A stretch of 64,000 nucleotides of DNA from an uncultured delta proteobacterium (lineage in GTDB: Bacteria; Desulfobacterota; BSN033; UBA1163). The stretch lies in contig CAVSVC010000010.1 in NCBI GenBank assembly GCA_963731045.1, forward strand, positions 74,630-138,629, given 5' to 3'. Below are positions 34,647-46,899 of the stretch, piece by piece. The notes under the pieces are model-generated. The model made no database searches, was not told the DNA's origin, and was given only the letters and a program-made list of their open reading frames with translations. The position numbers were made by a program, and so were the translations under genes. Each line of letters begins with the position of its first letter. The first letter of the stretch is position 1.

Positions 34647-37247
34647 TTGCTGAATGAATTGCTTTCCTCCGTTTCAAAGCCCGTCCGGTATCTCGGACGG
34701 GAAATCAACTCGGTCGTCAAGGATCCATCCGGGGTGAGATTGAGATTCTGTCTTGCCTTCCCGGATGTTTACGAGGTGGGGATGTCCCACCTGGGGATTC
34801 AGATCCTGTATCATATCCTGAACAGCAGGAAGGACATTTTCTGCGAGAGGGTCTTCGCTCCCTGGATTGATCTGGAGAATCTCCTGAAGGAAAAGGGAAT
34901 GCCTCTCTCATCCCTGGAAACATCCACTCCCCTTGCGGAGTTCGACCTCCTGGGCTTCTCCCTTCAATACGAGCTCTCTTATACCAATATCCTCAATATG
35001 CTCAGCCTGTCCGGGATTCCCTTTCTGGCAGCGGAGCGGGACGAACGCTTTCCGCTCATCATCGCCGGCGGACCGACCGCCTTCAATCCTGCGCCGGTCG
35101 CTGACTTCTTCGATGCCATTCTCATCGGAGACGGAGAAGAGGCGATCGTCGAGATCTGTGATCTCACCCTCCGGTGGAAAGAATCGGGGAAGGGAAAAGA
35201 AGATCTCCTGAGGGCCCTCTGTCGAGTTGGAGGGGGTCTACGTTCCCTGCCTCCACACCGGCGGCAGCGTCATTCACAAACGTCTTGTTTCCGACCTCGA
35301 CCGGGCTCCTTTCCCGGTCTGCCCTGTTCTCCCTTACATGAAGGTGGTCCATGACCGCCTCAGCATGGAGATTGCGCAGGGGCTGCAAGCGCGGGTGCCG
35401 ATTCTGCGAAGCGGGGTTTATTTACAGACCTTACCGGGAAAGAAGCCCCCAGGTCGATCGAAGAGATTTTGCAAGCCGTCCCTGAAGCAGACGGGCTACG
35501 AAGAGATCTCCCTCCTCTCTCTCAGCGCAGGGGATTATTCCGTCATCGGACCTCTGCTCGACCCATCTCATGGACCAATTTGAATCGAAAAGACTGGCGG
35601 TCTCTTTTCCTTCTCTGAGGATTGAAGAGGTGGTGGGACATCTGGCCGACGAGGTCAAGCGGGTGCGGAAGACCGGATTCACGATTGCGCCGGAGGCCGG
35701 GACGGAACGATTGCGAAAGGTCATCAACAAGCAGATTGAGGAGGAGGTGCTCTTCCAGGGGGTCTCTGATCTTTTTTCAAAGGGCTGGAAGAATATCAAG
35801 CTCTATTTCATGATGGGACTTCCCTCGGAGACGGAGGAAGATCTGCAGGGGATCCTCGATCTATCGAAGAAGATTCTTTCCTTCGGACGAAGACAGAAAG
35901 GTTCTCCCAGTGTGGGCGTGAGCGTTTCCACGTTTGTCCCCAAACCCCATACGCCCTTCCAGTGGGAACCCCAGATTTCCCTGGAGGAGATGAAGGAGAA
36001 GCTCCGTTTCCTCAAAGAAGGGTTAAGGAAAAGCCCCTGTCGATTGAAGTGGCAGGACCCCCATCTCAGCCGGTTGGAGGGGATTTTTTCCAAGGGAGAC
36101 CGGAAGCTTTCGCAGGGTGCTGATCGAAGCCCATCGGCTGGGATGCCGGTTCGATGGCTGGAGTGACCAGTTCCGCTCTGATCTCTGGGAGAAAGCCTTT
36201 GAGAGGACGGGCACCGGATATGATTGCCTGCGCCCGGAGGAGGGATGTCCATGAAGTCTTTCCATGGTCTTTCGTGAGCACCGGGGTCCGTCCCGGGTTT
36301 CTCCGTGAAGAATATGAGAGAGGGTTGAAGGGCGAGTACAGTCCTCCATGCCGGGAGGGGACCTGTCACCGCTGCGGCATCTGCGATGGAACGGCCATTC
36401 GGGTCAGGGAGGGGAAGGGGAATGGACATCGACCTCTCGAAGGCCCCCTGCCAAAACGGCTCTTCGAAGAAGAGGGAACGAAAAAGAGGGTCCGGCTGAA
36501 ATTCGAAAAGAGAGGGCCGATCTGCTTCGTCAGTCATCTCGAACTGGTCCATCTCTTCCACCGGGCTTCGAAGAGGGCTCATCTTGCCCTCTGTTACTCT
36601 GAAGGATTTCACCCGATGCCGAGGATCATCTTCGCCAGGGCCCTTCCCGTGGGCATGGAGAGCCTGGACGAGATCGTGGATCTGGAAATCGAGGGACGGC
36701 ATGAAGCCCGTTGAGATCAAGGAGAGGTTCAATCAGACGCTTCCGGCGGGGATTCGAATCATCGGGGCGGAAGAGGTTCCTCACTCCGGGTTTCGCCTCC
36801 AGTCTCTGCTCCAACGGTCGACTTATTGGATCCTCCTGGATCACTCTGATCTCCAGAACGGAGGCCGACGCGAAGATCAGGAAAGCTCTCGAAAAGGAGG
36901 AGCTCCCGTTGATACAGGAAAGGAAGGAAAAGAAACGGAGCATCGACCTCCGGCCCCTGATTGAGAGGATGGTTGTCAAAAACCCTCCGGACGGAGAGGG
37001 TCCTGGAACACCGGGGTCGACGAGGAAGCGGAAGAACGGGGCGACAACGATTGGGGGGTCGAACTGGTCCTCCGGAGGGGAGGGAAGGACGGCCAAACCT
37101 TTAGAGATCATTGGAGCGATCCTCGGGCTGGAAGGCCCGTCTCGTGAGTCTCAGATCAAAGTGGTCGAAGCTGGAGTAGTTCTCGTTGACATCACCCGAG
37201 CTCTTTCTCCGGAAATGGATCGCGAAGTGCGTATTACGGACATGTAG
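34647..37247 (+). pseudogene. Fused TIGR03960-type B12-binding radical SAM / TIGR03936 (DUF2344) protein, broken by at least 9 frameshifts
   Basis: Pieces are ORFs 34647..35354, 35227..35583, 35570..36166, 36154..36714, 36584..36964 and 36711..37247. The CxxxCxxC motif (GCKRGCRFCEAG, Cys codons at 35384/35396/35405) lies in a frame not called by the track. Typical strings are TGYEEISLLSLS, VRKTGFTIAPEAGTERLR, STFVPKPHTPFQWEPQ and FVSHLELVHLFHRA. It holds the conserved position upstream of rng. Confidence 0.8.
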
Positions 37248-37258
37248 CGGGGAGCATC

Positions 37259-38744
37259 ATGGCCAACGAGCTGATTATCAATGTGACACACCAGGAAACC
37301 AGGGTGGCCCTCCTCGAGGACAGGGTTCTTGCGGAGTTGTACATTGAGCGCGCCAAAGACCGGGGAATCGTGGGGAACATCTACAAGGGAAAAGTGGTCA
37401 AGGTCCTCCCCGGGATGCAGGCGGCGTTTGTGGATGTCGGACTGGAGAAGGCGTCCTTTCTCTACGTCTCTGACGTTTACGGCGGAGTGGAAGATTACGA
37501 AGAGATCGGTTTTCAGGGCGGAGGAGATGCCCAGTTACTTCACCCCAGCCCTCGCCGATCGAGGACCTCCTTTCAGAAGGGCAGGAGATTCTGGTGCAGG
37601 TTTCGAAGGAACCCCTCGGCACGAAGGGGACTCGCATTACCTCTCACGTGACGCTGCCGGGCCGGTATCTCGTCTTCATGCCGACCGTGGACCATGTCGG
37701 TGTTTCAAGAAGAATCAAGGAGGAACGGGAACGGAAACGGCTGCGGGAGATTGTCCAGGCCATGAAACCCCCTTCCGGGGGCTTCATCGTCCGTACGGCC
37801 AGCGAAGGGGCTGACCCCGAGGAAATTCGCAACGATATGGACTTTCTTCTCAGGCTGTGGAACAACGTTCAGAAGAAGAACGAGACTTCGTCCGCCCCTT
37901 CTCTCATCTACAGCGACCTGACCATGGTGCTCCGGGTCATCCGGGATATCCTTTCTCCCCAGGTCAACCGGATCGTCATCGATGCCAGAGAAGAATACGA
38001 CAACATCGTCGCCTTCATCAGCACGTACATGCCTAAGCTGAAGTATGAGATCAGCCTGTACGAAAAGAAGGAGCCCATCTTCGACGCCTACGGCATTGAG
38101 ATGGAGATCGGGAAGATTCTTGGGAGAAAGATCTGGCTGAAATCCGGCGGGTATATCGTGATCGACATGACCGAGGCCCTGGTTGCCATCGATGTCAACA
38201 CGGGGAGGTATGTCGGAAAGAGGAATCTGGCCGACACGATCCTGAAAACGAATCTGGAGGCCGCCAAAGAGATTGCGTACCAGCTCCGACTCCGAAATAT
38301 CGGGGGGATTATCATCATCGACTTTATCGATATGGAGAGGGAAGGAGATCGTGAAAAAGTCTACCAGGCCCTGGAAGAGGCCATTCGGAAGGACCGGCAG
38401 AAGACAATATTTTCAAGATTTCGGAACTGGGTCTGGTGGAGATGACCCGGAAGCGGACCCGCGAGAATATTTCAAGGATCCTGGGGGAATCCTGCCCTTA
38501 TTGCGAAGGGGCCGGATTCATCAAATCAAAGACAACGGTCTGTTATGAGATCTTTCGTGAGATTGAACGAACCGCCTCCGAACTGGGAGGGCATAGCATC
38601 CTGGTTGAGGTCAATCCGGAGATCGCCGGCCTACTCTACGAAGAGGAACGAAGCGCGGTGGAGGAATTGGAGCGGAAGCTTAGGAAGAAGATTCTGATCA
38701 AAGGGAAGACCGGGTTTTCACCAGGAACAGTTCAATATCATTGA
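37259..38744 (+). pseudogene. rng: Ribonuclease G/E family (Rne/Rng), frame broken twice
   Basis: ORFs 37259..37651 (S1 domain: GNIYKGKVVKVLPGMQAAFVDVG), 37594..38445 (EPLGTKGTRITSHVTLPGRYLVFMP...AIDVNTG) and 38436..38744 (zinc link CPYCEG). Apparent 1-nt deletions lie near 37555 and 38410-38413. Confidence 0.85.
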
Positions 38745-38825
38745 GATATGATGTGTCATACGGCATTTGGCTTGGAACGCTGACTGGGGGATCTCCCGGC
38801 GTTCATTGGGTCGAACGTCAGCGTA

Positions 38826-38854
38826 TTGACAAATCCTTGAAAACCAATTAACAT
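38826..38854 (+). promoter_or_regulatory. Sigma70-type promoter for rplU-rpmA
   Basis: TTGACA(38826-38831)-N17-TAACAT(38849-38854), 27 nt upstream of the rplU ATG. Confidence 0.45.
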
Positions 38855-39281
38855 AAGTCGATTCAAATAGGGAGGGGTCCTATGTATGCCGTGATCAAGA
38901 CCGGAGGAAAAGAGTACCGGGTGCAGCAGGGGGATTTGATCCGTGTCGAAAAGCTGGAAGGAAACGTAGGGGATCCGGTGAGCCTGGGCGAGGTGTTGAT
39001 GGTCTCCGACCAGGGAGAGGCTCAGTTCGGAACGCCGCTCCTGACGCAGGCCTCGATCACGGCGAAGATCGTTGAGCAGGCCCAGGGAAAGAAGGTCCTG
39101 ACGTATAAGATGAAGAGAAGAAAGAATTACCGGCGCTTCAAAGGACACCGGCAGTTCTATACCACCCTCAAGATTGATGAGATTCGGGTGGCCTTGAAGA
39201 GACACCGATCGACGTCGAAGATTTTGTACGCAATCCGGAGTGTGAAGTTTGGGATTTCGGCCTTTCAGGCAGGAGGAGATC

Positions 39282-41721
<2,440 letters not shown>

Positions 41722-41729
41722 GGGGTAAG

Positions 41730-42988
41730 ATGGACTTCACCGCAGAAATTCAAACGCTTGCAAAGAAAGCGAAAGAGGCATCCTATCGGCTGGCCCGGCT
41801 CTCCGCGGATTCCAAAAATCGCCTTCTCTTGGAGATGGCCGCCACGCTGGAGCAGAACGAGAATCTTCTGGTCGAAGAGAACAAGAAGGACCTGGCTGTC
41901 GGCGAGAAGCGTCAGCTTTCTCCGGCCCTGATGGACCGGTTGAAGGTCACCCCCGCAGTCATTCGCGGCATGGCGGAGGGACTTCGGGAAGTGGCCCGTC
42001 TTTCCGACCCGGTCGGTGAAGTGGTCAGAATGTGGAAGAGGCCGAACGGTCTGATGGTGGGAAGAATGAGAATTCCGCTGGGTGTCGTGGGAATCATCTA
42101 CGAATCCCGTCCCAATGTCACGGCCGATGCCTCAGGCCTCTGCCTCAAATCGGGAAACAGCGTCATCCTGCGGGGAGGCTCCGAGGCGTTTCATTCGAAC
42201 CGGATCATGGGGAGTCTTCTTCAGGAGGTTCTGGTCAGGCAGGGGCTGCCGCGGGAGGCGCTTCAGATCTTTCCCTGGAAAGAAAGAGAAGCGATGAAGG
42301 AACTCCTTCAACGGGAGGAGGAGATTGACCTGATCATTCCTCGAGGCGGGGAAGATCTCATCCGGTTTGTGATGACCCATTCGAAAATACCCGTGATCAA
42401 GCACTACAAGGGAGTCTGCCACATCTTCGTGGATGAAAGCGCGGATATCGAGATGGCAACCCGCATCTGCCTCAACGCCAAGGTCCAGAGACCGGGTGTC
42501 TGTAATGCCATGGAAACCCTCCTGGTTCACGAGAGGATCGCGGCACGCTTTCTGCCGCACGTTGCCGGGGCTCTGCAGGAAAGGGGGTCGTGTTGCGCGG
42601 TTGTCCGATGACCCGGAAGATCCTTCCCAAGATCGCGGAGGCCACCGATCAGGACTGGAGCGAAGAATACCTGGATCTGATCCTCGCCGTCAAGGTGGTT
42701 CCCGGGATGGACGAGGCCGTCGAGCATATTGCCGCCTACGGCTCCCTTCATACCGAAGCCATCGTCACCTCCGACTATCAGAACGCCCAACGGTTTCTGA
42801 AAGAAGTCAATTCCTCCTGTGTCCTGGTCAATGCGTCAACAAGGTTCAATGACGGTTATGAACTCGGTTTGGGCGCCGAGATCGGGATCAGCACCACGAA
42901 ACTTCATGCCTTCGGCCCCATGGGACTGGAGGAGCTGACGACCACGAAGTTCATTGTGTATGGAGAAGGACAGGTCAGGGGAGAATAG
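41730..42988 (+). pseudogene. proA: Gamma-glutamyl phosphate reductase, frame broken once (G5 run at 42583-42587)
   Basis: ORFs 41730..42611 and 42590..42988. Adding one G gives ...[19 protein letters not shown]..., which is continuous with HTEAIVTSD...NASTRFNDG. Confidence 0.88.
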
Positions 42989-43123
42989 AACAAAAACTCG
43001 AAGCACGAAATGCCGAGACAAGGATCGAATGTTCAGAATCCGAAACATTAAGACCCGTTTCTTTGGATGAATTGGCGCATTCGGACTTGGGATTTGGTTC
43101 GGATTGGTCCTAAGAGGACGCTT

Positions 43124-43155
43124 CGCCTGACGCTTTCGCCTACCTGCGGCAGGCG
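43124..43155. repeat. Diverged REP-like palindrome within a composite repeat-rich spacer (43000-43175)
   Basis: CGCCTGACGCTTTCGCCTACCTGCGGCAGGCG is followed by GATTTCGGATTTCGGATTT. The upstream module TCGAAGCAC also precedes the 23783 copy. Confidence 0.45.
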
Positions 43156-43231
43156 AGATTTCGGATTTCGGATTTATTCCTGAGAGGGGGAGCGGAAGAT
43201 CAGAAAAGAAGCTGAGGGAAAAAGGGTTGGG

Positions 43232-43864
43232 TTGTTTGGAGGAACCTTCAATCCCATCCATCTGGGTCATCTCCGGGGAGCGGAAGACATTCGGGAGGCC
43301 TTCGGACTTCAAAAAATAATCTTTATCCCGGCCGCCAACCCGCCTCACAAGGCACGGGAGGGCCTTGTCGACTCCGGACACCGGCTCGAGATGGTTCACA
43401 TCGCCACGTCCGGAAATCCTTATTTTTTTGTCTCGGACGTTGAGCTCAAAAGGGCTGGGAAATCCTATTCCATTGACACCATCCGGTATTTCCGGGAGAA
43501 GGAACAGGGAGATCTCTTTTTCATCATGGGAAAGGATGCCTTCATGGAAATTGAGACCTGGAAGGAATTTCGGCACCTTTTCTCTCTCTGCCACTACGTC
43601 GTCATGACCCAACCCCGGCACCGGCAAAACGCTCCCGGGCCCCGACTCCCGTCTTCTCTTTCTGAGGACTTTCTGTATCGTCCGGAGACGGAGGAATGGA
43701 TTCACACCTCCGGTCATACGCTTTCCTTTAAGGAAATCAACTATTTGGACATCTCTTCCACAAAGATCCGGGATTTGATCCAAAGAGAGAAATCGATAAG
43801 ATACCTGATCCCTCCCGATGTGGAAACCTACATCCATAGCCATGGATTGTACCGAAGGACTTAG
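43232..43864 (+). CDS. nadD: Nicotinate-nucleotide adenylyltransferase
   Basis: ORF 43232..43864 (TTG start). GGTFNPIHLGH and ISSTKIR motifs. Confidence 0.9.
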   Translation: MFGGTFNPIHLGHLRGAEDIREAFGLQKIIFIPAANPPHKAREGLVDSGHRLEMVHIATSGNPYFFVSDVELKRAGKSYSIDTIRYFREKEQGDLFFIMGKDAFMEIETWKEFRHLFSLCHYVVMTQPRHRQNAPGPRLPSSLSEDFLYRPETEEWIHTSGHTLSFKEINYLDISSTKIRDLIQREKSIRYLIPPDVETYIHSHGLYRRT

Positions 43865-43901
43865 TTTGAAAATGTTTCTGCAGTCGGGGGATTTTTTTTT
43901 G

Positions 43902-43929
43902 TTGTCACGACCGTTTTTTCTGTTATAAT
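43902..43929 (+). promoter_or_regulatory. Near-consensus sigma70 promoter for rsfS
   Basis: TTGTCA(43902-43907)-N16-TATAAT(43924-43929), with a TG at the extended -10 position. Confidence 0.5.
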
Positions 43930-43951
43930 GCTACAATTATTTTGATACGTT

Positions 43952-44347
43952 ATGATGATCGATTCGAAGACAAAATCCCTGCTCTGTATGAAAGCGGCCA
44001 TTGAGAAGAAGGCGGTCGATCCAGTCCTTCTCGAGATGAGGGAAATTGCCTCCATCGCGGATTACTTTTTCATCTGCAGCGGAAAATCGGACCGCCAGGT
44101 TCAGACCATCGCTCAGGCGATAGAAAAGGATCTGAAAAAAAGAGGGATTCAGCCTTTGGGGCAGGAAGGAACCCTCGAAGGAAAGTGGATCCTGATGGAT
44201 TACGAGGATGTGGTCATCCATGTCTTTCTGGAGCCCGTCAGGGCGTTCTACGACCTGGAAGGACTGTGGATGGATGCGCCCAGGATAGATTTCCAAGAAG
44301 ATCTAACCAGTGAGGAGACAGCCATTGGATCCGAAGAAGGGAATTGA
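43952..44347 (+). CDS. rsfS: Ribosome silencing factor RsfS (iojap)
   Basis: ORF 43952..44347. ADYFFICSG.S.RQV...WILMDYEDVVIHVF is typical. Confidence 0.9.
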   Translation: MMIDSKTKSLLCMKAAIEKKAVDPVLLEMREIASIADYFFICSGKSDRQVQTIAQAIEKDLKKRGIQPLGQEGTLEGKWILMDYEDVVIHVFLEPVRAFYDLEGLWMDAPRIDFQEDLTSEETAIGSEEGN

Positions 44348-44696
44348 CAAAAAAACGCTTGCACGCTTCAGAAAAACGCTGCTTAAAGAGCGGGAAGAAA
44401 TCATCGGAGAGGTAAAGCAGATCTACGAATCCTCCAAAGAGATGGGTCAAGACGGGATTCAGGATATTGGGGATGAAGCGGCCAACATCTATCACCGGCA
44501 GGTCCTGCTCAGCCTGACGGAAAATGAACGAACCCGGCTTCAGGAAGTGGATGAAGCCCTGGACCGAATTGAAGGCGGCTTATACGGCATCTGCGAAGAG
44601 TGCGGCGAACCCATCGGACTGAAACGTCTTGAGGTCCGACCCGTTGCCAAGTATTGTGTCCCCTGTAAAACCAAACTCGAAAAAGGGAAATTGTAG
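44310..44696 (+). CDS. DksA/TraR-family C4 zinc-finger protein
   Basis: ORF 44310..44696. Coiled-coil N-terminus and CEECGEPIGLKRLEVRPVAKYCVPC. Confidence 0.8.
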   Translation: MRRQPLDPKKGIDKKTLARFRKTLLKEREEIIGEVKQIYESSKEMGQDGIQDIGDEAANIYHRQVLLSLTENERTRLQEVDEALDRIEGGLYGICEECGEPIGLKRLEVRPVAKYCVPCKTKLEKGKL

Positions 44697-44699
44697 ACC

Positions 44700-46088
44700 A
44701 TGCTGTCGAGACTATTAACCATTATCGTTCTGGCTGCCATTGCTCTCTTCTGCGCGGTTTCACTGGGCAATCCTTTAGATATCGAAGAATTCAACCTCCT
44801 TTTTTGGAAAACCGGTCCCACCGATCTTCCCACGCTGATGTTCTTATCTTTCCTGCTCGGAGCCATGTTGGCCTTCATCGTGTTTGTGGCCCGGGATGTG
44901 AAAAGGGCGATCGAAGGCATCCAGGAGTCCCGGCAGAAGAAGAAGGGCCTCTCCCTGAAAGAGGAATTCAACCGGGGCATGGAAGCCTTTCTCCGGGGAA
45001 ATCTGTCCAAGGCAAAAACCCACTTTGTGACGGTACTTAAGAAGGACCCCTCCCAGATCGACCTCTATCTCCGGCTTTCCGAGATCTCCTTGAAAGAGAG
45101 TAACGAGGACGAAGCATTCCAATGGCTGGAGCGGGCGAAAGCGATCGACATGAACAATCTGGAGGCCCTCTTCGCAGAGGTAAACCTTTACCAGCAGATG
45201 AAGCGGTTTGATGACGCCATCCGGACGCTAAACCGGGTCATCCGGCTGGATGATTCGAATCTCAGGGCTTTAAGAAGTCTGCGCGAAATCTTCCTGAACA
45301 GCCAGCGATGGGAAGAAGCCATCCAGACCCAGCGGTCGATTCTCAAATTGACAAAGGGGAAAAAAGCCGAAGAGGAGGAGACCCTCTTCTACCTGGGATT
45401 GAAGTACGAGCACGCCAGAGATTTCCTCAACAAGGGCGGAGAGGCTTCTCTGGAGCGTGCCCTGAAAGAAGCCAAGGAGATTGTCAAGGAAAGCAAGACG
45501 TTCATGCCGGGCCTTGTCCTTCTCGGGGATATCTACCTGAAAATGGGAAAATGGGCGATCGCCGGAAAGGTCTGGGGAAAGAGTTTTGCCCGCTTCAAAT
45601 CGATCGTCTTCATCCTGCGGCTGGAAGAACTCTACCTGAGCCGGGAGGATCCGAGTACCCTCCTCCGGATCTATCAGCGGGCATTGAAACGGGATCCGGA
45701 GAACTGGGTCATGACGTTCCATTATGCGAGGCTCTGCCTGAGGCTGGAATTGCTGGACGAAGCCCTGGAGGCGGTGGACGAACTCAGCCTCAAGAGGAAG
45801 GATTTTCCGGCTCTCCATCGGCTTCTGGCGCAGATCTATCTCCGGAAGAAGGACTTCGACCAGGCGGCTCACGAATTTGAAAAAACCTTCGAATTGAGCG
45901 GGACCTCGTACCTTCCTTTCTTCTGTAATGTCTGCGAAAAAGAATCGAAGGAATGGGTGGCTTATTGCCCGCAGTGCCGCCATTGGAACACGTATGCGAT
46001 TAAAGAGGGCGAGAGAATCGCCACGTTCTTCCCCCCTTCCGTAGGCGAACAGCGGCCGTTGCCATGGCTCGGCGAAACCTCTTATTGA
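44700..46088 (+). CDS. Membrane-anchored TPR protein with a C-terminal rubredoxin-like Cys4 motif (LapB/YciM-like)
   Basis: ORF 44700..46088. N-terminal TM, TPR repeats, and CNVCEKESKEWVAYCPQCRHWNTY at the C-terminus. Confidence 0.7.
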   Translation: MLSRLLTIIVLAAIALFCAVSLGNPLDIEEFNLLFWKTGPTDLPTLMFLSFLLGAMLAFIVFVARDVKRAIEGIQESRQKKKGLSLKEEFNRGMEAFLRGNLSKAKTHFVTVLKKDPSQIDLYLRLSEISLKESNEDEAFQWLERAKAIDMNNLEALFAEVNLYQQMKRFDDAIRTLNRVIRLDDSNLRALRSLREIFLNSQRWEEAIQTQRSILKLTKGKKAEEEETLFYLGLKYEHARDFLNKGGEASLERALKEAKEIVKESKTFMPGLVLLGDIYLKMGKWAIAGKVWGKSFARFKSIVFILRLEELYLSREDPSTLLRIYQRALKRDPENWVMTFHYARLCLRLELLDEALEAVDELSLKRKDFPALHRLLAQIYLRKKDFDQAAHEFEKTFELSGTSYLPFFCNVCEKESKEWVAYCPQCRHWNTYAIKEGERIATFFPPSVGEQRPLPWLGETSY

Positions 46089-46828
46089 AACCCAGGCGGA
46101 TAACCGACGTTATCGGGCAGGTCTTCCAGTTTCTGTTACCCTCTCAGTGTCCATGCTGTGAAAGCTTCCTGGAGGAAGGAGCAGGGATTGTCTGTCCGGA
46201 CTGTCTCTCCCATATTCACTGGCTCGAACCTCCTTTCTGCTCGATCTGCGGCAGCCCCTTTCCCTCCCGGGTCGGTGAGTCCCATCCCTGCAGTGACTGC
46301 ATGCGCGGGAAGAGGTACTTCCAGACGGCCAGGGCTCTCGGATATTACGGAGGGTCCCTGCAGAAAATGATCCATCGATGGAAATATGAGGGAAAGACCC
46401 ATCTCACGGGTCCTCTCGTTGAGTGGATGGCATCGGGATTAGACCGTTATTGGGATCCTCCCCGTTTCGACCTTCTGCTGCCCGTCCCTCTCCATACCCG
46501 GCGCCTCCGGGAGCGGGGATTCAATCAGGCCCTCCTGCTGGCAAAGGGTCTCAGTCGCAGGACGGGGATTCCCTATCGGAAGGGATTTCTGCAAAAGAAA
46601 AGCGCCACGACGCCACAGGTCGAGCTGAGCGGAGCCGACAGGGAACGAGCGGTGAAGGATGCTTTTTGTCTTGCCGGAAACGAGGGACTGGAGGGGAAAT
46701 CCATCCTCCTGCTGGATGACGTCTATACGACCGGAGCAACGGTCAACGAATGTGCCCGGATCCTCGTTGCCGAGGGAGCCCGACGGGTGGACGTCCTGAC
46801 GTTGGCCCATGCGGTAAAAAGGAATTGA
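46064..46828 (+). CDS. comF: ComF-family phosphoribosyltransferase-fold protein
   Basis: ORF 46064..46828. N-terminal Cys clusters (CPCC...CPDC) and PRTase motif ILLLDDVYTTGAT. Confidence 0.85.
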   Translation: MARRNLLLKPRRITDVIGQVFQFLLPSQCPCCESFLEEGAGIVCPDCLSHIHWLEPPFCSICGSPFPSRVGESHPCSDCMRGKRYFQTARALGYYGGSLQKMIHRWKYEGKTHLTGPLVEWMASGLDRYWDPPRFDLLLPVPLHTRRLRERGFNQALLLAKGLSRRTGIPYRKGFLQKKSATTPQVELSGADRERAVKDAFCLAGNEGLEGKSILLLDDVYTTGATVNECARILVAEGARRVDVLTLAHAVKRN

Positions 46829-46830
46829 AA

Positions 46831-46863
46831 GAATAGGTCTTATAAGTCATATAAGACTTATTC
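46831..46863 (+). terminator. Hairpin terminator after comF
   Basis: GAATAGGTCTTATA-agtca-TATAAGACTTATTC, followed by a T-rich tract. Confidence 0.5.
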
Positions 46864-46899
46864 CATTCTTTTCTTTCTGTTTCAATTGCGAGAAAAAGG

